From Planctomycetota bacterium (GTDB taxonomy: Bacteria; Planctomycetota; UBA8108; SXIK01), in NCBI GenBank assembly GCA_965223845.1, contig CBDCXR010000004.1:96001-160000 (forward strand): a stretch of 64,000 nt of DNA. The letters run 5' to 3'. Position numbers and translations under genes: made by a program. The notes under the pieces were generated by a model, which was not told the DNA's origin, ran no database searches, and saw only the letters and a list, made by a program, of their open reading frames with translations. Each line of letters begins with the position of its first letter. Position 1 is the stretch's first letter. Positions 54,252 to 63,885 of this stretch are shown piece after piece.

Positions 54252-56009
54252 ATGACGTCGCGGGTCGAATTCTCCGTCGCACCGGATCGCTGGCTCGAGA
54301 TTGGCAAGTTCCTCGCTCGGGATTTGATCCTCCTCGAGCCCTCTCGCCGAAGTGAGCTCCGGCGCGAATGGGAGAGTGTCCGTGCAGCGGAAGAATCGAT
54401 CGACGACCGTCTCGTCGTCGGGATCGTCGGCGGCACGGGCGTCGGGAAGTCGACCCTCATCAATGCGCTCGCCGGCGCCGAGATCTCCCGGAGCAGCGAC
54501 CGACGTCCGACCACCGACCGAGTGATCTGCTACCGACACGAGCGCACGCCGATGCCGCCGGGTTTTCCGATCGACGACATCGCCGAGCCGCAGCCGGTCC
54601 ACCGCAGCGACTCGCTCGAGCGAGTCATCCTTCTCGACTTCCCCGACTTCGACTCGGTCGAGTCTCTTCACCACGAAGTGCTCGAGAGATTCTTCCCGCG
54701 CCTCGACGTGCTCGTGATTCTCGTCGACGACGTCAAGTACGCCGACGCGCGCCTGTTCGCTCTCATCGACCGGTTGCCGCAGAGTCACGAGAACCTGCAC
54801 ATCGTTCTCAATAAGGTCGACGCCCTCGAACGGCGTTACCCCGGACGTTGGCGAGAGGTCGCGGGCGAGATCATCGACGATCTTCGGGGCAAGCTCGCGG
54901 CCCACGTCGGCCTCGAGATCGATCGCGAACGCTTCGTTGCGCTCGCCGCGCTTCCGGCCTGGCGCGAACGCGATCCGCGGCTCGCAGCGGACGGAGATGC
55001 GACCGGCGCGAGTCCCGTGAGCGGGGACTTCGATCGTTTCGTCGGCGAGCTCGAGGCGTATCGAGCCGAGCGTCGCCGCCGCGCGGCGAAAGATCTCAAT
55101 ATCGATGCGCGTCAACGCGCGCTCGTTGCGGCGCTCGCTGCCGCCTCGCCGAGCGAGGCCGGCGTGCGAGCGGTCGCCGAGGCGCGCTCGGGGTTCGAGG
55201 AGCGGCGGAGAGAGCTCGAGCGCTTGCGCGCGGGAATCACCGCAAATCTACTCTCGGTCGACGAGCGGCATCGCCTCGCTCGCGAACGGCTCGGTCGCAA
55301 CGCGTCGAGCTTCGGCTTTCCCGTGGACCTCTTCATCGGCGCGATCGCGCGCCTACCGTGGCGAGGCCGGCGGCGAGGGCAGGTGCCGAGTTGGTCCGCG
55401 GAGCGTCTCGAGGGTCAATTCGGCCCGTTCGCTTCGGCCGCGGACAACGCGGTGCGAGAGCTCGGCGTTGCGGTGGAGTCTCATGTCCCGGTAGGACGAG
55501 ACCTCGCGCTGTCGAACGGACTCTTCGCTCGCGCCGCCGAGGGACTCGAGCGCTTCCTCGACGAGTGGCGCGAACGATTCGCCGAGCGCCGCCGCTGGAG
55601 AAACCACGTCCCCGGCGCGATCGTCATCGTCGGAGCAGCGCTGACGCTCTTCCACCCCGCGATCGACGCCGCCGCGCATTCCTGGGCCGAGGACGGCTCC
55701 GTCGCTTGGGGCGAGTTCGGGAAGGAGCTCGTCCTCGCGCTCGTCGGACTCCTCAGCCCCACGTTTCTCGTCGGGACACTTTTCGCACTCGTCTTCGCGT
55801 ACGCGTGCGGCGCTCTCTACGCGTGGACGCGCGAAGCGCACAAGGTCGAGGCCGTCGTTCGGCGCGGTGAGACATTCGCCGGGGAGACGATTCGAGAAGG
55901 CGTCGAGCCGGAGCTCGATCGCGCAGCGGCCGGCGTTCGCACTTGGCTCGAGGAGGCGGAAGAGCGATCCAGATTGACGCGGGGCGACCCGCAGCTCGCC
56001 GCACGGTGA
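54252..56009 (+). CDS. Dynamin-like/TRAFAC GTPase 2 with C-terminal TM helices
   Basis: GGTGVGKS, RPTT, DFPD, NKVD; C-terminal TM segments. Confidence 0.8.
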   Translation: MTSRVEFSVAPDRWLEIGKFLARDLILLEPSRRSELRREWESVRAAEESIDDRLVVGIVGGTGVGKSTLINALAGAEISRSSDRRPTTDRVICYRHERTPMPPGFPIDDIAEPQPVHRSDSLERVILLDFPDFDSVESLHHEVLERFFPRLDVLVILVDDVKYADARLFALIDRLPQSHENLHIVLNKVDALERRYPGRWREVAGEIIDDLRGKLAAHVGLEIDRERFVALAALPAWRERDPRLAADGDATGASPVSGDFDRFVGELEAYRAERRRRAAKDLNIDARQRALVAALAAASPSEAGVRAVAEARSGFEERRRELERLRAGITANLLSVDERHRLARERLGRNASSFGFPVDLFIGAIARLPWRGRRRGQVPSWSAERLEGQFGPFASAADNAVRELGVAVESHVPVGRDLALSNGLFARAAEGLERFLDEWRERFAERRRWRNHVPGAIVIVGAALTLFHPAIDAAAHSWAEDGSVAWGEFGKELVLALVGLLSPTFLVGTLFALVFAYACGALYAWTREAHKVEAVVRRGETFAGETIREGVEPELDRAAAGVRTWLEEAEERSRLTRGDPQLAAR

Positions 56010-56035
56010 GAGGGGGCTCGTCTTCGTTCGCCGCT

Positions 56036-56752
56036 TCAATTCGCCGTGAGCTCGAGGAAGACGTCCTCGAGATCACTCGCTTCGGAGGTCGCGCGCAGTC
56101 CGGCGACGTCTCCGTGGTAGAGAAGTCGGCCCTTGTGAAGGATGCCGACGCGCTCCGAGACGCTCTCCGCGATCCCGAGCGAGTGGGTGGACATGAAAAT
56201 CGTCACGCCGGCGCGCGTCCGTTCGCGCATGAAGTCGACTGCGGCGCGGACGTTCTTCGGATCGAGCCCGACCCAGGGTTCGTCGATGATCACGACGCGC
56301 GGATCGTGGAGAAAGCAGGCGACGAAGGCGAGGCGCTGCCTCATCCCGTGGGAATACGTGTCGACGAGTCGATCGGCCGGCTCGACCATCTCGAAGATCT
56401 CGAGCAGCTCCGTACCGTAGGTTTCTACGCGGTCGCGAGTGAGTCCGTAGAGACCGCCGATGAACTTGAGGTACTCCCAGCCGGTGAGCTTTCCGTAGAG
56501 AAAGGGATGGTCGGGGATATAGCCGATGATGCGCTTCACCGCGACCGGATCTTCGCGGACGTCGAAGCCGCCGATGCGGATCGTTCCCGCGGTCGGCCGA
56601 AGGAGACCGGCCATGATCTTCATCGTCGTCGTCTTCCCCGCGCCATTTGGCCCTAGGAAGGTGAAGAAGACGCCGGGCTCGACGGCGAGCTCGAGGTGGT
56701 CGACGGCGCGTTTTCCGTCGTAGTCCTTCGTTAGGTTTTGGATTTCGATCAT
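56036..56752 (-). CDS. ABC transporter ATP-binding protein
   Basis: GPNGAGKTT, YSHGMRQR, IIDEPWVGLDP, STH. Confidence 0.95.
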   Translation of the reverse strand: MIEIQNLTKDYDGKRAVDHLELAVEPGVFFTFLGPNGAGKTTTMKIMAGLLRPTAGTIRIGGFDVREDPVAVKRIIGYIPDHPFLYGKLTGWEYLKFIGGLYGLTRDRVETYGTELLEIFEMVEPADRLVDTYSHGMRQRLAFVACFLHDPRVVIIDEPWVGLDPKNVRAAVDFMRERTRAGVTIFMSTHSLGIAESVSERVGILHKGRLLYHGDVAGLRATSEASDLEDVFLELTAN

Positions 56753-57720
56753 CGGGGCTCGTCTTTCGATGGCGGAGCGCTCGTCCGGTCGGGAGAAGGA
56801 GTCGTGGCCTCGCGCTCCGAAGCACCGTTCGGGGATCGCGGGGGCGAGTCGGTCGAGATGCGCGTTTCGAACCCCGCGCGCGCTGCCCGGCGACTCATAG
56901 CCTCTACACTCAGGTGCTCGAGCGGACGACCGAAGCGCATGCGGAGAACCGTGCCGTCACGGGTGACCCGCGCCGTGCATTGGGTGCCGTTCGAGTCGAT
57001 CTCGAGGACGTAGACATCGACGAGAACTCCATCGATCTTCTGCGTGAGAAGCTCCTCGACGGCGATCGAGGTTCGGACCGTTCGCAAGAGCAGCGGGTCG
57101 AAGCTCGTGTACTCGAACGTCTCGCCTTCGCGGAGACCTCCGAGCGAGAGGTTCGGGAGGAAGCCAGCTCCGAGGTCGAGCGGGCGCAGCGGGAGGTCGA
57201 GCGTCGGGAGGTCGTGCTCCCCTCCGCGGATTCTGATGCGAAAGCGCGGCGGCTCGTCCGCGTCGGTTTCCGCGCGTTCTCCCGAGACGAGGATCTGCCC
57301 TCCGGCCGGCAACTGAACGTGGACGGTGAGGCTGAGCGGAAGGAGGTCGTCGTCCTGAACGAGCTGGCCACGGATTCGGAGCATGCCGCCGCCGATCAGC
57401 GGGCCGAGGATCGCCGCACCTTTTCCGAGCGCGCGGAGCTCGAGTGCTCCCTCGACGGTCGAGTAGTACTCCGTACCCTCGAAACCCGGGGCGCGCTCGT
57501 TCGAGAACCCGAAGTACCCGATCTTGTTTCGGCGCGCGCCGCTGTGTCCGTAGACCGCGAGCCACCGCTCTCGCTTAGGAGTGCCGGCGAGGAACTGGTG
57601 GACCTTCGCCGAGTACGTGTCGAGCTCGGCAATCCGTGTCTGGCGGTGGACGAACCACGCATTCATGCTGAGCCAGTAGATCACGATCAGCGCGGTGAGG
57701 AACGAGCCGGAGACTCTCAA
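56749..57720 (-). CDS. Membrane-anchored hypothetical protein in the ABC operon
   Basis: TTG start overlaps the permease stop (TTGA) and the stop overlaps the ATPase start (ATGA); N-terminal TM; beta-rich body. The longer 829-aa ORF is a shadow extension. Confidence 0.7.
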   Translation of the reverse strand: MRVSGSFLTALIVIYWLSMNAWFVHRQTRIAELDTYSAKVHQFLAGTPKRERWLAVYGHSGARRNKIGYFGFSNERAPGFEGTEYYSTVEGALELRALGKGAAILGPLIGGGMLRIRGQLVQDDDLLPLSLTVHVQLPAGGQILVSGERAETDADEPPRFRIRIRGGEHDLPTLDLPLRPLDLGAGFLPNLSLGGLREGETFEYTSFDPLLLRTVRTSIAVEELLTQKIDGVLVDVYVLEIDSNGTQCTARVTRDGTVLRMRFGRPLEHLSVEAMSRRAARAGFETRISTDSPPRSPNGASEREATTPSPDRTSAPPSKDEPR

Positions 57721-59483
57721 AACTCGCTCCTTTCGAGATTCGCGGCGCCGACACGGAGAGCCGCTAAGGAGAGCAAGGCGGTGACGAGCAGGGCCGCACC
57801 GTGTGCGAGCCAGCGCTCCGAGGACGTCGCGATGCCGTCGCCGCCCACGTAGGGGAGTGCCTCGAAACCGATGAGCGTCGCGACGACGAGGGCGCTCGCG
57901 AAGAAGTTGAGCGTCCCGCCGAGCCCGACCGCGATGCGCGCGGGATTGTCCTCGTCGAAATTCGGGTATGCGGCGCCGAGTCCGGCCGTCAGGGCACTCA
58001 GGCAAACGCTCGCAAGGACGACGATCAAGAGGCCGGTGACGATGTTCTCGAGTGGAAAGGAGAGTGCGAGCTGGGAAGCGATCGCCATCGGGACTCCGAG
58101 CGTGATCGTCGTCAAAAACCCGAACACCGCTTTCTGGTAGACGAGGCGAGACCGTCGAGCCGGTGCGAGCCCGACGACCCAGAACGCGCGGCCTTCGAGG
58201 CTGATGAGCGGGAAGAGGAAGCGCGAGGTGAACGAGGAGAGGATCATGCAGATCGCAGCGAGGTTCGCGAAGAAGAGAAGTCGCTCGGTCGATCCCGTCG
58301 TGAGAACGCGTGGGATGCGCGTGAGGCTGAGCGAGTAGATCGCCATGAGAAGAAGAAAGAGGAGCGATTGGCTGAGCTGAGCGGGATCGCGGAGAAACGA
58401 GAGGACGTCCTTCGTGAGGAGCCCGGTCGTGCTGCCGGCCCCGAGCGTGCGATCCGTGATGCGCCGCAAGAGGGGGCGCCGCCGGCGCGCTTCGCTCCCG
58501 GCGCTCGCTACCGGCGCGTGGGCCGACTCGAGCCACTGGCGGCCGTAGAAGCGCGCTCCGTACCAACTGACGACGGGGACGAAGATGAGCGTGTTCGCGA
58601 GAAGCAGCGCGGCGTAGAAGAGCCACTCGCGATGATTGCTTGTCAGGGCGGCGTTGATGCCGGCGCTCGCCCAGTGCGCAGGAGAGTACGGCGAGTGGAG
58701 AATCGAGAGATTCGACGTGAAGCGATCGATGATGAGAAGATGGTTCGTCGATTCGAGGTCGACGAAGCGAAACGTCCGAACGAAGAGGTAGCAGATCCCG
58801 AAAAAGACGAGCGCTCCGACCGAGAGGAGCTGCCGCCCGGTGAGTCGACGGACGAGCGGGGCGACGCAGAACGTAACCCCAGCTCCGGCGAGCCCGGCGA
58901 AACCGATGAAGACGAGCAGGAGGCCCGTTGTTTGAACGTAGTAGGTCGGCGGCGCCGAGCGAAGGATCCCGAACGCGATGAGAACCGGAAGCCCCAGGAA
59001 GACCGTCGCCCAGGAGCTGAACGCGATCGCCTCGGAGAGCTTCGTCCAGAGGATCGTGCGCGGCGTGAGCGGGAGCTGGAAGAAGTACGTCGTCTCCTTC
59101 GCGATGAAGGCCGTCGTGTAGGTGACGATGACGGTCGACAGGAGAATGAGGACGAGCAAAGTGAGAAAGAGGAGCGAAACGATCTTGCTGTTCAGCGCGA
59201 CGCCGAACGCCTCGAAGCTCTCGATGAACTCGAAGCACTTGTAGGCAAGCGCGAGCCCGAGTCCGAAGATGTTGAGCAGGCCGAAGACGACCACGAAGGT
59301 ACGTGTGAACGCGTCCTTGCGGATGTGGTCGATGTGGTTGCGGATCGACCGCCAGCGCATTCGACCGATCACCGCGATGTGAGCGATCTCGTCGGGTGCC
59401 GAGCTTCGCTCGCTCGGGCGGGCGGGCTCTGAGGCCTCGAGCGTTTTCGTCGATTCAGCGCCGCCGGTCGTCACGCGGGCCAC
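57717..59483 (-). CDS. Putative ABC exporter permease
   Basis: Many TM helices; KDVLSFLRDPAQLSQ, RFLFPLISLEG, YPNFDEDNPARI. Confidence 0.85.
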   Translation of the reverse strand: MARVTTGGAESTKTLEASEPARPSERSSAPDEIAHIAVIGRMRWRSIRNHIDHIRKDAFTRTFVVVFGLLNIFGLGLALAYKCFEFIESFEAFGVALNSKIVSLLFLTLLVLILLSTVIVTYTTAFIAKETTYFFQLPLTPRTILWTKLSEAIAFSSWATVFLGLPVLIAFGILRSAPPTYYVQTTGLLLVFIGFAGLAGAGVTFCVAPLVRRLTGRQLLSVGALVFFGICYLFVRTFRFVDLESTNHLLIIDRFTSNLSILHSPYSPAHWASAGINAALTSNHREWLFYAALLLANTLIFVPVVSWYGARFYGRQWLESAHAPVASAGSEARRRRPLLRRITDRTLGAGSTTGLLTKDVLSFLRDPAQLSQSLLFLLLMAIYSLSLTRIPRVLTTGSTERLLFFANLAAICMILSSFTSRFLFPLISLEGRAFWVVGLAPARRSRLVYQKAVFGFLTTITLGVPMAIASQLALSFPLENIVTGLLIVVLASVCLSALTAGLGAAYPNFDEDNPARIAVGLGGTLNFFASALVVATLIGFEALPYVGGDGIATSSERWLAHGAALLVTALLSLAALRVGAANLERSEF

Positions 59484-59556
59484 TCCGTGTCGGTCATCTT
59501 GAAGAAGAGAACGGCGCCCGAAGCGCGCCGAGGCGTGGACTTACCGGAAGTTCGAT

Positions 59557-60648
59557 CTACTCGGAGGGGTCGGGCTCGAGCGCCGCGAGCTCGCCGCGCA
59601 GGTCGGCGGCCGTGCGTCCGTCGGAGCGCTGCTGGCGCAGCCGCGAGATGAGAGCGCTCGGCTCGCCGCCGACGTCGCTCTGGAGTCGAGCGAAGAGTGG
59701 CAGGAGCTCGTGGTAACGAGCGGCGTGGAGAACCGTTGTGTTCGACGCGCGCAAGGGCTCCGTTCCCGGACCGACCATGACCTCGAGCGCTCGCGACGCC
59801 GCTTCGAACAGATCGCCCTTGATCGCTCGCTTTCGCTCGTCCGGGAGGTCGCTCCGATAAAGTGAATCGAGATCGGCTCGCAGCCGTGCGAGCAGCTCCG
59901 TTTGCTGATCGCGGACTCGGCAGTCCTCTTCATATCGGTTCTTGAGCGGCCGGAGCCGCGGGTGAAACTCGAGAAACCGGCGCGTGCCCTCGCGCGCGAC
60001 GAACGTGGCCAGAGACTCGTTGAACGTCGTGTCGTCCGGGAAGTACACGGTTCGGTGAACCGTCTCGTGAATGATGAGATCGATGAAGTCGGTGAGCTTG
60101 CCCTCGAGCATCGTCGAGAGGATCGGATCGCGAAACCAGCCGAGCGTGCTGTACGCGCCGACGGGTGAGATCCCGACGTCGAATCCTTCCTGCTCCAGTC
60201 GCCGCGCCTCGTCCTTTGCGTCCTCGAGCGAGAAGAAGCCCTTGTAGGCGACGGTTCCGGCGAACGGGAAGTGCCAGCGATAGGGCACGAGGCCGATGGG
60301 ATGCGCGGCCGTCACCGCGTAGCTGATCGGCTCACCGCCCGTGTCGAGGAAGGTGGTGTAGGCATCGCCGGGATCGAGACCGAGCTCCTCGCGGCAGAAT
60401 TCGAGAATCGTGGGCACCCACGCCAGCGTCTCGCGCTCCGACGCGCTGAGGGCCGATTCCAACTCGGGCGCGTCGAGCGGAGTGTGCGATCGCGCGAGGC
60501 GGAGCTGACCGAATCCCTGCTCGACGACGTATCCGACCTGACACCCGGAGGCGGCGAGCGAACCCAGCAGCGAGACTACGAGGGAGATGGGGAGGGAACC
60601 CTCGAAAGCGCGCGACCCACCCGGACGGCGCGATTGCGGTAGCGACAT
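59557..60648 (-). CDS. Predicted zinc-dependent aminopeptidase lipoprotein (DUF2265 type)
   Basis: ASGC lipobox, WHFPFAGTVAYKGFF, AYSTLGWFRDP, HETVH..FNESLATFV. Confidence 0.88.
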   Translation of the reverse strand: MSLPQSRRPGGSRAFEGSLPISLVVSLLGSLAASGCQVGYVVEQGFGQLRLARSHTPLDAPELESALSASERETLAWVPTILEFCREELGLDPGDAYTTFLDTGGEPISYAVTAAHPIGLVPYRWHFPFAGTVAYKGFFSLEDAKDEARRLEQEGFDVGISPVGAYSTLGWFRDPILSTMLEGKLTDFIDLIIHETVHRTVYFPDDTTFNESLATFVAREGTRRFLEFHPRLRPLKNRYEEDCRVRDQQTELLARLRADLDSLYRSDLPDERKRAIKGDLFEAASRALEVMVGPGTEPLRASNTTVLHAARYHELLPLFARLQSDVGGEPSALISRLRQQRSDGRTAADLRGELAALEPDPSE

Positions 60649-60736
60649 GCGAAGATTGTAAGACCGGCTCGCGATTCTCGCAGCTGGGGGAGCCAAACGA
60701 GACCGCTCCCCGGGTGCACGGCCAAGGTGGTGGGGG

Positions 60737-60820
60737 TGGCTCCGCCGGGACTTGAACCCGGATGTCCCGAAGGACAACAGATTTTAAATCTGTCGCGTAT
60801 GCCAGTTCCGCCACGGAGCC
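60737..60820 (-). tRNA. tRNA-Leu (TAA)
   Basis: GGCTCCG/CGGAGCC stem, ACAGA-TTTAAAA-TCTGT, long variable arm GTCCTTCGGGAC, GGTTCAAGTCC; CCA not encoded. Confidence 0.96.
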
Positions 60821-61066
60821 CAGAGCGGCAGCGCGCCGGATGGTAGTCCTGGCACCGGAAGCGAACAACCGATTTTCGCGCGCGCAAAAGCGATCGACGC
60901 GAGGCGCAAGTCGGTCGGCAGACGGACACCGACGGGCGATCGATTCGCGCTTGACGCCCCGGATCGGCTGAGCTCATATGAGCGAAGACGCCCACCGACC
61001 GACTCGCGTCGCGCGCTCGCTTCGCGCCGCGCAACGTCCTCCCTCCCGGTCGGTTCCCGCCTTTAA

Positions 61067-61139
61067 GCGCCCGTAGCTCAGTCGGAAGAGCACCGGATTT
61101 CTAATCCGAAGGTCGCAGGTTCGAGCCCTGCCGGGCGTG
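61067..61139 (+). tRNA. tRNA-Arg (TCT)
   Basis: GCGCCCG..CGGGCGT, TAGCTCAG, anticodon loop TTTCTAA, GGTTCGAGCCC; CCA not encoded. Confidence 0.95.
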
Positions 61140-61208
61140 CTTTTTCTTGTAAGGACTTACGACTCCTTCTTGGTTGCCTCCGAATGCTCCTGCCACGCAA
61201 CTGCCACA

Positions 61209-61451
61209 CTAGCTCACGGCGGCGAGGGTCTCGTCCTCGCCGCGATGTGCGGCTCGTTTGTTCAGGCCCTGCGCGACCTTGCCCGTGCGCCTCAGCCAGT
61301 CGAGGACGTCAGGCCAGTAGAACAGCGGGCGCCCGGGACCGAGGCGCGGCAGCGGGTCGTCATGCCGCTTGGTCCACACGCGGATCGTGTTCTTCTTGCG
61401 CCCAAGTCGTTCGGCGAGCTCGGCCTCGGTCAGAACGGTCGTCTCTTCCAT
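61209..61451 (-). CDS. Excisionase/AlpA-like helix-turn-helix protein
   Basis: LTEAELAERLGRKKNTIRVW..PLP..LFYWPDVLDWL. Confidence 0.8.
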   Translation of the reverse strand: MEETTVLTEAELAERLGRKKNTIRVWTKRHDDPLPRLGPGRPLFYWPDVLDWLRRTGKVAQGLNKRAAHRGEDETLAAVS

Positions 61452-61538
61452 GCCGGCTATTTCGGGACGGGTTCAGGTTGACCCTTAGCGACAAAGTCCG
61501 GTTAGTTCATGACACTCTTGATTGTGCGACGACAGACG

Positions 61539-61723
61539 ATGGCGATGGGACGACCACCCAAAACAAGGATCACGGATCGTGATTCGTACTCGAGCACGGC
61601 GATGAAGTGCTCTCCGCTCTCGACCGTGTTCGCGACGCGATCAACGACGAGTGGGACGAAGCGCTGGATCTCTCGCGTCAAGACGCGATTCCTAAAGCGG
61701 CTTCGGCGTTTGAGTTATCCTGA
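61539..61723 (+). pseudogene. Possible frameshifted ribbon-helix-helix regulator
   Basis: MAMGRPPKTRITDR in one frame continues after a shift near 61580 as FVLEHGDEVLSALDRVRDAINDEWDEALDLSRQDAI. Confidence 0.4.
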
Positions 61724-62404
61724 CCGCGCAGACCGGTCTACGCTGATCCGCAATATCCTTTTGACGGATGAGGAGTAGGGGCTGAATAGTCCGTCCTCTG
61801 CGTCAGATGGGAATCGCGCCGGGATCGGAGCGTCTTGGTGAGCAAAAAAAGTTGAGAAAACGCTCGGCTTCGGAGTCTACGTATTTGGCGGGACGATTCT
61901 CCCGAGCGAATCCTGAATCAATAGAGCAGATGATCGCCGTGCGATTAGAGTTCGTAAATAGTCTCACTCGTTCGCCCGAATGCAGTCGAGAATTCGGCTA
62001 CGACGACGCCATCACGCTCCATCGGCGAGGCGCCACGGGCTTGACGAGTCGGGACGACGCGGCGCGTCTTTCATCCCTCGTCCACATAGAAAGAAAGGTA
62101 GAGATTCAAGATGACTTGACCAAGGTTAAGACACTGGCATCGAGGAGGGGCAGCATCATCGATACCGGACTGGCCTACGGGCCATTTCCCGCCTACGGCG
62201 AAGCCAGCGAAGATTCAACGAGGCCATTTTTGGAACGCCTTGCGACAGAACCCGTCCGCAAGGTGTTCGCTGTCAGCGGACCACACGGTGATTGGCCATG
62301 TGCCTCTTGGTGGCTAGTACCGCCGCTGACAATGCCTTGCGGCCAGCCACGTGCCGGCTGGCTCAGGTTTCCTGTCTGCAAGGCACTCAGACAGGAAACC
62401 GCGA

Positions 62405-62890
62405 ATGATCCCCAACACAGTAGATTTCTCAGGATGCGTCAACAGAGCAATAGCCTCGGCTCGTTCGAACGGATTGCGAGAAGAGGACGACGCTCGTCAA
62501 GAAGCGCGCCTCCGTTTCCTTGAGCTGACTGACGATTCTCAGAGGGCCCAGCGACGGGCCATTCAGAACGGGGTCCAGACTCAGAAGAGATTCGAGGAAC
62601 GGTGGTGGCGTGTTCGCGACCTCGCGGAGACTCCAATCGCTCCCGAATGCGGTGGGTCAAAGCTCGACGCGCGACTAGATTCAGAGATCACAGAAAGGCG
62701 TCTCAGACTGGCCCTGAGCGAGCTCGAATTTCAAGTGCTCAGGGCGCTCGCCCGCGGCGTGCGGGTCTGTGAGCTTTCTCTTCCAGGAATTAGCTCGGCG
62801 TCGTTGTATAGAATCCGGCGACGACTGGCCGAACGAATTGGGAATCTTGAGCTAACAGCGGTCGAGGTTGCTGCGGCGCTGTGCGTCTGA
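62405..62890 (+). CDS. Divergent, compact sigma-70/ECF-like protein
   Basis: Region 2-like EDDARQEARLRFLE and region 4-like LSELEFQVLRALARG..GISSASLYRIRRRL. Confidence 0.55.
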   Translation: MIPNTVDFSGCVNRAIASARSNGLREEDDARQEARLRFLELTDDSQRAQRRAIQNGVQTQKRFEERWWRVRDLAETPIAPECGGSKLDARLDSEITERRLRLALSELEFQVLRALARGVRVCELSLPGISSASLYRIRRRLAERIGNLELTAVEVAAALCV

Positions 62891-63017
62891 AGCGGCTGAG
62901 CGATCGCCGCAGTTCAGGAGTCTACTGGTTAGTACTCGTGATTGTCGCGTTCGTCGTTTTGCTTGCCTGCGCTATTTTTTCGATTGTTCGTTGAAGGTCC
63001 TCTACTCAATCCCGCGC

Positions 63018-63072
63018 AACCTCACGTCCTGCCTGGCGCCGCAGTAAGAGCGCTCGGGTAGGACGTGAGGTT
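63018..63072. other. Long intergenic hairpin (terminator or structured RNA)
   Basis: AACCTCACGTCCT/AGGACGTGAGGTT 13-bp perfect stem, extendable with G-U pairs. Confidence 0.6.
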
Positions 63073-63217
63073 CATTTGCGAATGGCGGATTCGTTGGATG
63101 CGCGGCTTGGCGCATGGTTCTCAGTTGGGCGCAGGCACTAGTTGACTGACCGTGTCCACTCGTCTACCGTGAGTAGATCGTAGGTGGTGTGAGGTTGGGC
63201 AGACGGGGAGGCGATCG

Positions 63218-63544
63218 ATGAAGATGGAGGAGATCGCCGAGCACGCGATGGCTACACGAGCGGGCCGGGATACCCGATTTCGGCTTTCGGCTCTTGGCCT
63301 GCTGATTCAGATCGTCGTGGTTCTTGTCATCCCGACCCTTTTCTGTGTTTTCGATTTTTTCGCCGTCGTCGGATCGGAGAGATATGGACTTCCGATCGGC
63401 GCGCTCGTGGCTGTCCTCATCTTTCTCGGGTTATTTCGGTTTGGTGGATCGCTACACCGCTGCTGGATCCGCGACAACTGCGGCAACGACATTTCGTCGA
63501 ACATGGTTCGGCTGTGCCCGGTGTGTCGTGCTGAGCTGGAGTGA
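63218..63544 (+). CDS. Small 2-TM protein with C-terminal zinc-ribbon-like motif
   Basis: Two TM helices; WIRDNCGN..CPVC; RBS GGAGG. Confidence 0.65.
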   Translation: MKMEEIAEHAMATRAGRDTRFRLSALGLLIQIVVVLVIPTLFCVFDFFAVVGSERYGLPIGALVAVLIFLGLFRFGGSLHRCWIRDNCGNDISSNMVRLCPVCRAELE

Positions 63545-63630
63545 GTGGTTTGCACGTGGGGAGGTAGACAGATGCGGATTCTCGCTGTGGTGGCGATGTT
63601 GGGGCGTGTGCGGATGCGACGGGGGGCAGG

Positions 63631-63885
63631 ATGATGTCAGACGAAATCGTTCGACGAGCGTTGGGGGACGCGGCAAGCGAGCTTCTTGCAAGGCAGGTCA
63701 CCGACGTGGAAGTGTCACGCCTCTGGGTCGCACTGCTGCAATCTAAAGAGCCGACATTCGAGCTCAAAGCGCGCGAAGTTTTGCGTACGCTGAACCCAGA
63801 TCGGTATCGTTCTACAAGCGAATCGGACAATGCCGATCGCAAACTTCGAGAGCTGTTCGATCTTCTTCGGAAGCTGGAGCGTTGA
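63631..63885 (+). CDS. Hypothetical protein
   Basis: 84-aa helical ORF with a purine-rich upstream segment; no recognisable family. Confidence 0.35.
   Translation: MMSDEIVRRALGDAASELLARQVTDVEVSRLWVALLQSKEPTFELKAREVLRTLNPDRYRSTSESDNADRKLRELFDLLRKLER

Noticed and set aside
57721-59238. Upstream part of the 829-aa ORF
   Set aside because: Overlaps the permease in another frame; the real gene most likely starts at the TTGA overlap at 57720.
61807-62523. 238-aa ORF in the island
   Set aside because: No recognisable motifs, atypical composition and overlap with the sigma-like ORF; probably spurious or decayed.
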